DNA of 64,000 nt, from assembly GCA_963850305.1 (NCBI GenBank), contig CAWKKR010000007.1, forward strand, positions 576,001 to 640,000. Reading direction: 5' to 3'. Of the stretch, positions 47,674 through 58,274 are shown one piece after another. The notes below the pieces were generated by a model that searched no databases, was not told the DNA's origin, and worked only from the letters and a program-made list of their open reading frames with translations. The first letter of the stretch is position 1; every line of letters starts with the position of its first letter. A program made the position numbers and the translations under genes. The stretch is from an uncultured delta proteobacterium. GTDB taxonomy: Bacteria > Myxococcota_A > Polyangia > Polyangiales > Polyangiaceae.

Positions 47674-49905
47674 ATGAAGCCCGGTTCCATTCGTTGGGTG
47701 AGCGCTTCGGTCGCGCTAGGCTGCCTTGCGAGCGCTTGTTCCTCCAGTCCCCATCACGGTGCGACTGACGGCGGAACCAAGCAGCTGCTCTTCAACCCTC
47801 CGACAACGCCGGACGGAGGCATTTTCATCACTCCTTCGAACCCGGTTTTCACGGTAAATCCGAACGGGCCGCCCCCAGCCCCAGTTCAATTTCACGTGCA
47901 CAACCAGGGGTCAGCGGTTGTATCCTGGAGCATTTCGAATCCGTACCTCGGAGCCATCGACACGAACGGCCTCTTCACCCTTTACGGCCAGGCCGGCGGC
48001 GCGGGTGACATCCAGGTCACGGTGAACGGCGTGGTGGTCGCGTCCGTCCACATCAGTGTCGATGTGAATCAGACTCAAAACGGCTCGTCGAGCAGCGACG
48101 GTGGCGCGACGGTCGTCGGCGACGCCGGCGCTGGTGGCCTCGGTGGGGTCGGAGGCGAGGGACTCGGTGGCCCGATCTCGTCGGCGCTCGTCAATGTGTT
48201 GAACGGAACCCCCGCGGCGGACAGCGCTATCACCTTTCTGTATCCCTATGACCAGACCGTGTTCCCGCTCGGCATTCTTCCCCCGCTCTTCCAGTGGACG
48301 AGCGGCAGCCACGGTAACATCGATGCCATTTACGTCCACATCTCGGCGCCGCCCTACTTCGACTACAAGGGCTATTTTGGCCGACCGGCTGCGCTGGCGG
48401 CTGGCTCGGATTACGTCCGGAGCCCCGTTCCGAAGGACGTCTGGACCGCCGCGACGAACAGTGCCGCGGGCAGCGTTCTGACGACTGAGTTCGTCTTTGC
48501 CGCCGGAGGCACGGCCTACGGTCCGCTCACCCAGCATTACAAGATCGCGCTCGCGCCGTTCAATGGACGAATCTACTACCAGGCGTACGACACGGCGTTC
48601 GTCAAGAACTCCACGTCCGGGGAGACAGTCATTTGGGACCACAAGTCGCGGTTCGGTGCGGCGACGCTGTCGATCGATGTGGGAGCGGAGTCGCCGAAGC
48701 TCGTTGCGGGGACGACCACGAATGACAACTCTGGATGTCGAGTGTGCCACTCAGTGTCGGCGTACGGAGATCGAATGGTCGTACAACACGGGGACGACTA
48801 TGCAGCGACATCCGCGTACGACCTCAAGAACAACAACGCGGAGACGACACCCTATGCGGATGGGACCGTCGGATGGGCGGGCATGTCCTCCGACGGAACG
48901 ATCGGGCTCGCGAACTCGATCAGCGTAACGGGCTCCACGTCGAACACCGGCGACACCAAACTATACAACATGAGCACGGGCGCAGTGATCCCGTCACCGG
49001 GCTTGAATGAATTTGCCACGAGGATCGGTTTGCCCGCATTCTCGCCGGACACGAAGCACGTCGCCTTCACCTTCTTCGACGGGCCTGGCGCCGCCCTCGT
49101 CGGCGGAACGAACGGACACCAGCTGGTGACCATGGACTTCGACGCCACGACCGATACGTTCTCGAATCCGAAGAAGCTGTGGGACGCCCCGGGCTCCGAT
49201 CAGCGACCCTCTTTCATGACCTTCATGCCCACGAGCGACGCGGTCGTCTTCGCCCGGCGCTGGGACGGCACGAACGGCGACATCTTCTCGAGCTGGTACG
49301 GTTCTCGAAGTGAGCTCTGGTGGGTAGACCTCGGGACTGGCAAAGCAGTCCCTCTGGCCACGGTCAACGGGATGGGGGCCGATGGGAAGAGCTACCTTCC
49401 CGTGGGGCCCAACAATCACGCCGCCGACGAGACGCTCAACTATGAACCGAGCATCAGCCCCGTCGCTTCCGGCGGGTACGCGTGGCTCGTCTTCATGAGC
49501 CGCCGTATGTACGGAAGCGTGGCGACGCGCGACCCGTGGGAGGCCGACCCGCGCGTTTACGACATCCATGGAGACAACCCGACGACGAAGAAGATCTGGA
49601 TGGCCGCGATCGATCTCAACGCTGCGCCGGGCACGGATCCGAGCCACCCGGCGTTCTACATCCCCGGGCAGGAGCTCAAGGGCGTCAACTCACGACCCTT
49701 TTTCGCCCTTCAGCCGTGTATCACCGACAACGGAGTTTGTCAGACCGGGATCGATTGCTGCACCGGATTCTGCCGAGAAGGGTTGTGTCAGCCACAGCCG
49801 CTCGACTCATGCTCGCAGCTCGACGAAAAGTGCGACACCTCCGCCAACTGCTGCGATACGAGCCTTCAATGCATCGGTGGCTTCTGCGCACAGGCGATTC
49901 ATTAG
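47674..49905 (+). CDS. Lipoprotein with TolB-like beta-propeller, CxxCH motif and Cys-rich tail
   Basis: LASAC lipobox; PAFSPD, YEPSISP, WLVFMSRR; CRVCH; C-terminal CC repeats. Confidence 0.8.
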   Translation: MKPGSIRWVSASVALGCLASACSSSPHHGATDGGTKQLLFNPPTTPDGGIFITPSNPVFTVNPNGPPPAPVQFHVHNQGSAVVSWSISNPYLGAIDTNGLFTLYGQAGGAGDIQVTVNGVVVASVHISVDVNQTQNGSSSSDGGATVVGDAGAGGLGGVGGEGLGGPISSALVNVLNGTPAADSAITFLYPYDQTVFPLGILPPLFQWTSGSHGNIDAIYVHISAPPYFDYKGYFGRPAALAAGSDYVRSPVPKDVWTAATNSAAGSVLTTEFVFAAGGTAYGPLTQHYKIALAPFNGRIYYQAYDTAFVKNSTSGETVIWDHKSRFGAATLSIDVGAESPKLVAGTTTNDNSGCRVCHSVSAYGDRMVVQHGDDYAATSAYDLKNNNAETTPYADGTVGWAGMSSDGTIGLANSISVTGSTSNTGDTKLYNMSTGAVIPSPGLNEFATRIGLPAFSPDTKHVAFTFFDGPGAALVGGTNGHQLVTMDFDATTDTFSNPKKLWDAPGSDQRPSFMTFMPTSDAVVFARRWDGTNGDIFSSWYGSRSELWWVDLGTGKAVPLATVNGMGADGKSYLPVGPNNHAADETLNYEPSISPVASGGYAWLVFMSRRMYGSVATRDPWEADPRVYDIHGDNPTTKKIWMAAIDLNAAPGTDPSHPAFYIPGQELKGVNSRPFFALQPCITDNGVCQTGIDCCTGFCREGLCQPQPLDSCSQLDEKCDTSANCCDTSLQCIGGFCAQAIH

Positions 49906-49962
49906 GAGTCGGAGCTCGCAGGTTTCGCCGAGCACCACTCTGTTGGCCCGCTGATGCTGTCT

Positions 49963-51186
49963 TCAGAATCCGCCGAGGCCGACCACGGAATTCATCGCCT
50001 GGCCCTGATGGGACATGTCGGTCGTGTAGAAGATGCCGGAGAAGATGCACATCTCGTTCGTTGCGGCTGATTCCCCGAAAGTAAGCGTATTCCCCGTATT
50101 ATTGTCGTACATACACGACCACGTGATGGTGGTGTTCGCCGGGACGGGGATCGGCGGCGAGTAAGCCTCCGGCTTCGGCTCGTTCCAGCAATCCCCGGTC
50201 GAGCAGGCGTAGAGGGTTGTGCCGGTGTTCGTGCTCGCGTTGAAGCCTACCGCGCGCGCGTGCATGTGACTCACTCCGCTGATCATCTCCGACGCAAACG
50301 GCGTCGTGTAGGTCGCGCTCTGAGTGCTGCTGCCAATCGGGACCGTGAGGAGCGCTTGATTCAAGAACATCTCCTCCGCGAGGTATTGAACCTGGTTTCG
50401 AGGCACGTAATGGAACTTCACCGTGACCTGGCCGGTGATCGTGTCCTCCGTCAGGTTGATGTAGTGCACCATGATCTGCAAGCCCTCGGTCGCGCTCAGG
50501 AAGCGGCCAACTCCTGGCGGATATGTAATGGTCTGCGTCGGGGTCTGTGCGGAGTGCAGGAAGTCGGAGAACTCCGTGCCCGAGCAGTCGACGACGGCGT
50601 TGGTGTCGGTCGTGTACGAGGTGCTGTGGAAAACGAACATGTGATGCGAGCCCGGCGACATCGCCGAATCGCTCTCGAGGATCGCGATGTCCTCGCCGAA
50701 GGGGTTCGCGAAGTTCTGACACTTGTAGACATCCTGGCCGCCGACTGCGACGGGGAACTGGACCGTCGAGATATCTTTCTCCATGGTGGTCGGACCACCT
50801 CCGCCTGTGCCAGTCGCGTCACCCCCGGCGCCCGCCGCGTCGCCTCCCGCACCGGTCGTCTCGCCACCGGCTCCTGTCACGTCAGTGCCGCCCGCCCCGA
50901 TCGTGCTCCCACTTCCGCCCGCCCCGTAGCTTGCGCCACCCGATCCCGTCACTGCGAAAGCGGAACCCCCGGCGCCCGCGCTCGGGAAACATATGTCCGC
51001 GCACTTCTGCGTGTCCTGGAGCATGCAAAAGCATTGTTCGGAGCAATCTTGATATTTCGCGCATTCGGCCGTGAGGGCATTGTCGTTCTCGCCGGAATTC
51101 GAGCCGCTGTTCGCCGCGCTGGTGCCGCAGCCGGCCAGAAGAACGAGAAGTGAACTCAGCCCGAAATTTTTCATGACCATTGTCAT
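49963..51186 (-). CDS. Lipoprotein with a copper type II (PHM/DbM-like) monooxygenase domain
   Basis: AAGGAG RBS; LLAGC lipobox; HH..H, HMH and EMC copper-ligand motifs. Confidence 0.78.
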   Translation of the reverse strand: MTMVMKNFGLSSLLVLLAGCGTSAANSGSNSGENDNALTAECAKYQDCSEQCFCMLQDTQKCADICFPSAGAGGSAFAVTGSGGASYGAGGSGSTIGAGGTDVTGAGGETTGAGGDAAGAGGDATGTGGGGPTTMEKDISTVQFPVAVGGQDVYKCQNFANPFGEDIAILESDSAMSPGSHHMFVFHSTSYTTDTNAVVDCSGTEFSDFLHSAQTPTQTITYPPGVGRFLSATEGLQIMVHYINLTEDTITGQVTVKFHYVPRNQVQYLAEEMFLNQALLTVPIGSSTQSATYTTPFASEMISGVSHMHARAVGFNASTNTGTTLYACSTGDCWNEPKPEAYSPPIPVPANTTITWSCMYDNNTGNTLTFGESAATNEMCIFSGIFYTTDMSHQGQAMNSVVGLGGF

Positions 51187-51378
51187 GGGTTGCTCCTTGG
51201 AAGACTTCGTCCCACTCAACCTCCAATAATGCCCGTATGTGCGCCCGCTTCATCAAGCCTTGCACGTCAATCTCTTTGCTATTGAGGTCAGGCCGACGTG
51301 CCTGGCCGAAAGTTGAAAGACAACGAGAAATTAGCCGTTGGCGAGCCGTCACGGCACAGAGTTGAATCAGAGGAACTG

Positions 51379-52335
51379 ATGGCCGATCTCGAGTATCGCA
51401 CCGTTCGAACCGCGCGCCTCCGTCAACGCTTGGCCGAGGAGGGGACCGGTGCGCCCGTCCTCTTGCTTCACGGATTTCCGGAAGGTGCTTACTCATGGCG
51501 CCACCAGCTCCCGGCTCTCGCCCGGGAGGGCTTTCGCGCGATCGCTCCCGATCAACGAGGCTACGCCGGGACGGAGGCCCCGGAATCCATCGACACGTAC
51601 GACCACGTCGAGCTCGCCGCGGACGTCATCGCATTGCTAGATGCTCTCGGCATCGAACGCGCGCCGCTCGTCGCTCACGATTGGGGCGCGGCACTCGCAT
51701 GGAATATCGCTTTGCTTCACCCCGACCGCGTGTCGGCCGTCGTGGCCCTGAGCGTCGCGTATGGAGGGAGATCCCTCGCGCCGCCGCTGCGCACCCTCAC
51801 CGAGCGAGCAGGCGACGGTTTCTTTTATATGCTCTACTTTCAGACGCCCGGCGTGGCGGAACAGGAGCTCGAGGCCGATGTGCGCGAATCGCTCCGCGTC
51901 TTTTATTACTCGAGCTCGGGAGACGTACCGCCGGGGAGTTTCTTCGTCCCCCAGCCGAACACGGCGAAGCTCTTCGATACGCTGAAGGCGCCTGCGGGGT
52001 TGCCATCGTGGCTCACTGAACGAGACCTCGACGTGTACGAAGCTGCGTTTCGAGCGTCCGGATTCCGCGGTCCGCTCAACTGGTATCGAACGCTCGATCG
52101 CACGTGGGAACGGACTCTGCACCTCGCCGGGGCGAAGGTGACCCAGCCCGCGCTCTTCATCGCAGGTGATCGCGATCCGGTGGTCATGTTCACTGGACCG
52201 GCGATTGCGCGAATGCCCTCGCTCGTCCCGCGTCTCGCCGGCGTCCGTATGCTGCCCGGCGTCGGTCACTGGACCCAACAGGAGCGGCCCGATGAGGTGA
52301 CCACCCAGATCGTGCAGTTTCTACGGGGACTATGA
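51379..52335 (+). CDS. Epoxide hydrolase (alpha/beta fold)
   Basis: HGFP, HDWG nucleophile, lid tyrosines (FYMLYF, LNWYR), GHW. Confidence 0.9.
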   Translation: MADLEYRTVRTARLRQRLAEEGTGAPVLLLHGFPEGAYSWRHQLPALAREGFRAIAPDQRGYAGTEAPESIDTYDHVELAADVIALLDALGIERAPLVAHDWGAALAWNIALLHPDRVSAVVALSVAYGGRSLAPPLRTLTERAGDGFFYMLYFQTPGVAEQELEADVRESLRVFYYSSSGDVPPGSFFVPQPNTAKLFDTLKAPAGLPSWLTERDLDVYEAAFRASGFRGPLNWYRTLDRTWERTLHLAGAKVTQPALFIAGDRDPVVMFTGPAIARMPSLVPRLAGVRMLPGVGHWTQQERPDEVTTQIVQFLRGL

Positions 52336-52424
52336 CGTCCCGTGCGCTCGCCCGAGGCGCGTGCGCGAGGCTGTGGTAAGTCCGTCGACGCGACCGTTTC
52401 GGTCACGGGGAGAAGTCCGTCGCC

Positions 52425-54068
52425 ATGGCACAGAGCGCAATTCAGGATGGAATCGAGCCCACGGGGGCCGCGTCGCCGTCGCAGTGGGTCAGCCCGGCTG
52501 GTGAGACGGTGTCCTACGACCCCGCGACGCTGGTCGAGATCGGTCGTGTACCGAACACGGACCTCGCGATGATGCCAGAGATATTCGCGCGCGCTCGCGA
52601 CGCCCAGAAGGCATGGGCGAAGGTGCCATTTTCGGAGCGGAAAAGTCACATTCACAAGATGCGCGACTACATCGTCGATCACGCCGAAGAGCTCGCAGAG
52701 ATCGTCTGTCGGGACAACGGCAAGCTGCGTCTGGACGCGCTCACGACGGAGGTGATCCCCTCCGCGCTCGCAGCCGACTGGTACGGGAAGAATGCGGAGA
52801 GGGCGCTCGCGCCGAAGAGGTTGCGCATGGGGTCACTCCTCTTCTTCAACAAGCGCAATGAGATTCGACGCGTCCCGCTCGGCGTCGTTGGGATCATCAG
52901 CCCCTGGAACTACCCTCTCTCGATCCCGTTCGGCGAGGTCGTGATGGGGCTCATGGCCGGGAATGCGATCCTGCTCAAAGTCGCGGCAGCGACGATCACG
53001 ACAGGGCAAGCGATCGAACGGATCGTGGCGGCAGGCAAGCTTCCTGATGGTCTCTTCCAGCATATCGTCGGTTCGGGCGGGAGAGTGTCGCAAGCGTTCT
53101 TCGACAATGGCATCAACAAGCTGTTCTTCACGGGGTCCGTGCCGACGGGTAAGCAGCTCATGGCCGCCGCGGCGAAGACCCTGACGCCGCTCTCGCTCGA
53201 GCTCGGGGGCAAGGATCCGATGATCGTGCTCGCCGATGCGGATCTCGAGCGCGCGGCGAATGGGGCGGCGTGGGCAGGGTATCAAAATGCCGGCCAGAGC
53301 TGCGGCGGCGTCGAGCGTGTCTACGTGCACGAGTCCGTGTACGAGCCATTCGTCGACCTTCTTGCGAGGAAGACGCGCGCGATGCGTCACGGACCCGATC
53401 GCGGGCCGGACGTGGACATGGGCGCGATGACGACGGCGGAGCAGCTCAAGACGGTGAAACGTCAGGTCGAGCTCGCCGTCGCGGCCGGCGCGAAGGTCGT
53501 CGCACAATCCAGACCCACCAATGCTGATGCGAAGGGGTATTTTTTTCCGGCCACGTTGATGACGGGGGTCGACCACTCGATGGAGTTGATGCGCGAGGAG
53601 ACGTTCGGTCCGGTCGTCCCGGTGATGAGATTCAGCACGACAGAAGAAGCCGTCCGACTCGCGAACGACTCCACGATGGCGCTCACATCGTCAATCTGGA
53701 CGAAAGACATCGCGCTCGGGAAGAGGCTCGCGTCCGAGATCGAATCCGGCGTGACCACGATCAACGATCACCTCTACACGCACGGTCAGAGCGAGACCCC
53801 ATGGGGTGGCTGGAAAGACTCCGGTCTCGGGCGCACGCACTCCGCCCTGGGGCTCGATGAAATGACGCAGCCGAAGGTGGTCAACTGGGATATCGTGCCG
53901 TCGAAGCGAAACATCTGGTGGTACCCGTTCGATCAGTCAACGTACGACGGCATGCTCGCGGCGCTTCGTATGAACTATCCGAGGTCTTTCTTCGCATGGA
54001 TCCGCGACGTGTCCGTGCTTTCGAGGTTGTTATTGCGGAAGATGTTTTCTCCCTGGCGTCCCGAGTAG
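52425..54068 (+). CDS. Aldehyde dehydrogenase
   Basis: SPWNYP, FTGS, LELGGKD, GQSC, EETFGP. Confidence 0.92.
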   Translation: MAQSAIQDGIEPTGAASPSQWVSPAGETVSYDPATLVEIGRVPNTDLAMMPEIFARARDAQKAWAKVPFSERKSHIHKMRDYIVDHAEELAEIVCRDNGKLRLDALTTEVIPSALAADWYGKNAERALAPKRLRMGSLLFFNKRNEIRRVPLGVVGIISPWNYPLSIPFGEVVMGLMAGNAILLKVAAATITTGQAIERIVAAGKLPDGLFQHIVGSGGRVSQAFFDNGINKLFFTGSVPTGKQLMAAAAKTLTPLSLELGGKDPMIVLADADLERAANGAAWAGYQNAGQSCGGVERVYVHESVYEPFVDLLARKTRAMRHGPDRGPDVDMGAMTTAEQLKTVKRQVELAVAAGAKVVAQSRPTNADAKGYFFPATLMTGVDHSMELMREETFGPVVPVMRFSTTEEAVRLANDSTMALTSSIWTKDIALGKRLASEIESGVTTINDHLYTHGQSETPWGGWKDSGLGRTHSALGLDEMTQPKVVNWDIVPSKRNIWWYPFDQSTYDGMLAALRMNYPRSFFAWIRDVSVLSRLLLRKMFSPWRPE

Positions 54069-54122
54069 CGCGATCGGGCCCACGCGCTCGGAGCCAGCGA
54101 CCTTTGGTGTAGATTCGCGCGC

Positions 54123-56558
54123 GTGTTCCCCTGGAAGCGGGCGCCGCCCGAACGAGCGCCTTGGCCCACGATCGTCGCGCTTCTGGCGATCGTCGTCCTC
54201 TATCAGATCTACGAGTGGCAGACCGCCCGCCTCGAGCATTACGGAACGCACGGTCGCGTCGAGACACTTTCCGCTTCGCCGAGCGTTCTGAACGCCCTCG
54301 GACGGGCGGGGGACCTCGTTTTGCAAGACGAGGCGGGGCCGTCGATCACCATCGTTGCGGCGCCGAACATCGAAGGGCATCCGCCGCTCCTCGGCGCGAT
54401 CGTGGATGCCGTTGCGAATCCGCGGATCACTGTGTCCCCGCTGCTCTGGATTCGCGCCGCGACAGAGGCTCCCACCGGGAAGGTCACATATCTCGCCGAA
54501 CGAACGCCGCAACCATTCACATGCGAAGACGGGAGCATCGGTGTGCGGGGTTACGGCGCGTACGCCGTCGCGTTGACGGCGACCACGTGCGCGGCGGGGA
54601 ACGGGAGGTTCATTCTCCGCAGCAAGCTCGACTCCCTGCCCGAGGGGTCCACGATCATCGACGAGCTCAACCTCGGTTCCCGTGCCGTCGTCGTCTCGGG
54701 CGACGGTGCTGCTTGGGGTACGGAGCACGATACGACGTTCGTGGCCGCCGCGTACGGCGGGACCGCGGTGATACTGGAGGCGCCTCACATGCACGTCAGC
54801 CGGATCCTTTCACATCCCGGGGAGGCGACATTTCCCCCGACCGTGATTGTCCGATACGGCGACGTCGCGGACGTCACGCGGACCCTGCACATCCTTCGAG
54901 GCGACGTCCTCGACGCCATTGCGACCTTGCCCGAAGCGAAGCGAAGCATCGACGTCACGTTCGGTGAGAACCGTGGTGGCGAGATATCCGTGCGCGATGC
55001 TGCGGATCGCGAACTCGCGTCTGGTATCGTCGCACGGGGAAAAACACGGACGCTCGATCTCCCCGGGGATTTTGGTGATCATCTCGTGCTGAGGGACGAT
55101 CGCGGCGTCCTGACCGACGCTCACGCGCCGCTCTCGGGATCGTCGATCCACGCCGCGACCGCGGCGGTTGGCGACGTTTCACTCGAATACGAGGATGACC
55201 GAGGCGCGCCTCTTCCAGTGCATGTTCTCGTAAAGGGCATCGACGGCACTCCGGACCCCGAGCCCGCGGGGGCAGCGGGCAGAACCGTCGTTGCGGGGCG
55301 GTCGCTCTATCTTCTCGACGGTAGAACGCGGGTGACGCTCGCCGTCGGCAGCTATCGGTTCACGGCGTCGCACGGTACGACCTACTCGCTGTCCGTGCGC
55401 GAGGTCAGCGCCGTCGCAGGCAGGACCAACGCCATCCATGATTCGCTCGGCCGCGTGCTGGATACATCGGGATGGGTCAGTGCAGATTTCAATCTACACT
55501 CAGCAGCCAGTCCCGATTCGGACGTCTCGCGCCTCGATCTGGTGAACAGCTTGGCCTGCGAGGGTCTCGATCTCGCCGTCGCAACGGACCACGATCGCGT
55601 CACGGACTTTGCTCCCGATGTACGAGCCCTCGGCCTGTCGGCACGACTCGCGACGGCTCCGGGTGTCGAAATCACGTCCGCGGGGCAGCGCTGGGGGCAC
55701 TTCAACGCATACCCGCTACCGCCGCCGAGCGGTGCGCCGGAGCGGGGTGTCCCGATGTACTTCGACAGGCGCCCCGCGGAGATATTTGCGTCGGCGCGGT
55801 ATCTCGGCGCGCGCGTCATTCAGATCGACCACGCGCGCATGGATCCCATGAGCGGCTACTTCGATCTGGCTCATTTCGATCCAAGGACCGGGCGCTCCTC
55901 TCCGGAGTTCTCTCTCGACTTCGACACGTTGGAGGCGTTCGACGGGACGTGGCTCGAGCGACCCAAAAAAATTCGACAGGGTCCAGTGGACGCTGTCGGC
56001 CTTGCCCGCCGCGGTAAGCGAGTCGCCATTGTCGGCAGCAGTGACTTGCACGACGTCCTTTACGGGGAGCCGGGTTACCCCCGCACGTTCATACACGTTG
56101 CGTGCGATCCCGTCGTTGGTCGCGTCGGCCGCGTCGTTCGGGCGTTGCTAGGCGTTCGCGATACGACCGTAACGTCCGGCCCTTTCGTGGAAATGTCCGT
56201 GGAAGGGCACCCGGTCGGCAGCGTGGTCACACCCGGATCGAACGGCTCCGTCGAAGTCCACGTCAGGGTTTCGGCGCCGTCGTGGGTGCCGGTCGATCAC
56301 GTCGAGATCTGGCGCGACGATGCGGTTTTCCTGAGACTCCCTGTTCCCGGGCCGCCGAAGGACGGCATTCGTTTCGAAGGGACGTTCTACGTACCCATCG
56401 AGGGGCAAGACGCCACCATCCTCGCGTGGGCCGATGCAGACTCACCACTGCCTGACGTGGTGCCGGGCGGCCACGCACTCTCGGTCGGCTTCACGGGGCT
56501 CGTGTATGTCGACGCGGATCGAGACGGAAAGATCGCGGTGCCGTCCGCGTCGCCGTGA
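54123..56558 (+). CDS. Membrane-anchored CehA/McbA-like PHP-fold metallohydrolase
   Basis: N-terminal TM; DFNLHS, ATDHD, GVEIT, GHFN, SDLH, GYPRT. Confidence 0.75.
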   Translation: MFPWKRAPPERAPWPTIVALLAIVVLYQIYEWQTARLEHYGTHGRVETLSASPSVLNALGRAGDLVLQDEAGPSITIVAAPNIEGHPPLLGAIVDAVANPRITVSPLLWIRAATEAPTGKVTYLAERTPQPFTCEDGSIGVRGYGAYAVALTATTCAAGNGRFILRSKLDSLPEGSTIIDELNLGSRAVVVSGDGAAWGTEHDTTFVAAAYGGTAVILEAPHMHVSRILSHPGEATFPPTVIVRYGDVADVTRTLHILRGDVLDAIATLPEAKRSIDVTFGENRGGEISVRDAADRELASGIVARGKTRTLDLPGDFGDHLVLRDDRGVLTDAHAPLSGSSIHAATAAVGDVSLEYEDDRGAPLPVHVLVKGIDGTPDPEPAGAAGRTVVAGRSLYLLDGRTRVTLAVGSYRFTASHGTTYSLSVREVSAVAGRTNAIHDSLGRVLDTSGWVSADFNLHSAASPDSDVSRLDLVNSLACEGLDLAVATDHDRVTDFAPDVRALGLSARLATAPGVEITSAGQRWGHFNAYPLPPPSGAPERGVPMYFDRRPAEIFASARYLGARVIQIDHARMDPMSGYFDLAHFDPRTGRSSPEFSLDFDTLEAFDGTWLERPKKIRQGPVDAVGLARRGKRVAIVGSSDLHDVLYGEPGYPRTFIHVACDPVVGRVGRVVRALLGVRDTTVTSGPFVEMSVEGHPVGSVVTPGSNGSVEVHVRVSAPSWVPVDHVEIWRDDAVFLRLPVPGPPKDGIRFEGTFYVPIEGQDATILAWADADSPLPDVVPGGHALSVGFTGLVYVDADRDGKIAVPSASP

Positions 56559-56595
56559 TCCAACCCCAGAGATCGCCGGGGTGAGCTCACACGCG

Positions 56596-56784
56596 TTACT
56601 CGTCTTCCTCGAAGCCTTCTGGAAGCGGCTGAGGTCCGGGAACAATCCCAGCGATATCCGGATCGACACCAGGTTCCGTGACGGGTCGATTACCGCGGTC
56701 ATCTCGCCGCTGCTGCCGCTTCTGCTCCTTCTCGCGCTGCTTCTCCTGACGAGACTTCTCTTTCTGACGCTTGTTGATGGTCAT
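56596..56784 (-). CDS. Small charged protein
   Basis: KRQKEKSRQEKQREK helix plus DPDIAGIVPGPQP; 8 nt downstream of the RRM gene. Confidence 0.7.
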   Translation of the reverse strand: MTINKRQKEKSRQEKQREKEQKRQQRRDDRGNRPVTEPGVDPDIAGIVPGPQPLPEGFEEDE

Positions 56785-56792
56785 CTAGGAGT

Positions 56793-57197
56793 TCACCAGC
56801 GCTTCCCGCCGCCACCACGGCCGCCGTCGCGGCCGCGGCCACCGCCTCCATCTCCCTCGTATCCACCGCCCGATCCGCCTCTCCCGCGGCCTCCGCCGTC
56901 GCGGCCCCGACCACCGCCCCCTCCGTGATCCCGGCGACCGCCGCCGCCTTTTCGCTCCTCGGCTTCGTTGACCCGAATCGGTCGGCCGCCGAGCATGGTG
57001 CCATTCATCCGCGAGATCGCTTCGGCCGCGCTCTCGGCGGTCCCCATCGTGACGAAGCCAAAGCCGCGAGGACGGCCACTATCTCGATCCATCGCGATGT
57101 GCACGTCCGTCACTTCACCAAGTTCCGAGAACGCTGTCCGGACGGATTCGACCGTCGTGTCGAAGGAGAGGTTGCCGACGAAAAGCCGATTGCCCAT
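56793..57197 (-). CDS. RRM RNA-binding protein with Gly/Arg-rich tail
   Basis: RNP2 LFVGNL and RNP1 RGFGFV. Confidence 0.95.
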   Translation of the reverse strand: MGNRLFVGNLSFDTTVESVRTAFSELGEVTDVHIAMDRDSGRPRGFGFVTMGTAESAAEAISRMNGTMLGGRPIRVNEAEERKGGGGRRDHGGGGGRGRDGGGRGRGGSGGGYEGDGGGGRGRDGGRGGGGKRW

Positions 57198-57699
57198 GGG
57201 TCCCGCTGTCTTGCCGCAGCTTCGAAACAACGCGCCCTGAGGCGCCGGCCCCGCCTTCCGACGAGCTGCTGAGATCGGAGGGAGGGTTGCGTGGAATCCG
57301 CGGTTACGAGGGCAGCACGGTAGCGCACTCCTCGGAGCGCGCAATACTCCGATTTGGCGCGTGACGACGGTTTGCGGTCGATTCTCCGGTGACCGCCTCC
57401 CGCGATGGCACTACAGCGGACACGCCGAACCGCGCACCTTGGGATGCTGCCGGTCGTGCGCCCGGCGGACGCGGCTTCGGTTTCAGCTGAGCGCGGCCCT
57501 TGGAGCTCCAGGGAAATGGAGCGTTCACACGCGCCCCGGTGATGTGGGTCGCGTCGCCGCATGCGGCCGCGACGGGCGCATCCGTGGGGCAAATGTCGAC
57601 GATGGCGTCTTGGCCGGATGCTGGCGTCTTTCTGTGGTGCGCCTCCACGGAAAGACGAGCTCTGCCCCGTTCCTCAGCGCGTCGTCGCGCGTGTGCCAG

Positions 57700-57715
57700 T
57701 GGCACGACGACTGCA
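57700..57715 (+). promoter_or_regulatory. sigma54 (-24/-12) promoter
   Basis: TGGCACG-ACGA-CTGCA, GG-N10-GC, about 45 nt upstream of ATG 57760. Confidence 0.65.
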
Positions 57716-57759
57716 ACAGGTGTGGCTGCGACGTTCCCAAAGCGAGGCGAGACTATTCG

Positions 57760-58248
57760 ATGTCGGACACATATCGCTCCACTCCTCCTGCGGCTCCTCG
57801 GCAGGTCGACGAAATCCGCGTTCATGAGAGAAAGCCGTCGGCGGCTCCGCTCGTCGGCCTCGCGGTGCTCGGCCTCGTCGTTTTCGCACTCTGGGGCTAT
57901 TCAGGGAGCCGCGGGACCGCGGCGGTTTGCAATGGAGCCACCGTTCACTTCGCGGAAGAGAGCGTAGCGGTCGATACCGACGCCGACGCGTCTCTCCGCG
58001 AGCTCGCGAGCTGCCTGCGCGCGAACCCTCGCCAGGCGGTGCGCATCGAGGGGCACGCCGATCCGTCAGAGGTGGCCATCGACCCGTCACTGGCGCGAAG
58101 CCGCGCGATTGCGCTAGCGCGCTGGCTGGCGATCCTCGGCGTGCCGGCCACGCAGTTCGCTGTCGACGATGCCTCGGCTGCTTGCACCGACGACACTGCA
58201 GTTTGCCGTAGCGCCTCCGTAGTCTTGTTCCAACGAGCGACCCCGTAA
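57760..58248 (+). CDS. TM-anchored OmpA-like domain protein
   Basis: VHF, VRIEGHAD, LARSRA..L...GV. Confidence 0.7.
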   Translation: MSDTYRSTPPAAPRQVDEIRVHERKPSAAPLVGLAVLGLVVFALWGYSGSRGTAAVCNGATVHFAEESVAVDTDADASLRELASCLRANPRQAVRIEGHADPSEVAIDPSLARSRAIALARWLAILGVPATQFAVDDASAACTDDTAVCRSASVVLFQRATP

Positions 58249-58274
58249 TCCACTCACGACCGAAAGGACATTCC

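Noticed and set aside
57304..57760. ORFs spanning the RRM-OmpA spacer, including the 57361 start
   Set aside because: No motifs; the sigma54 promoter at 57700 favours the ATG at 57760
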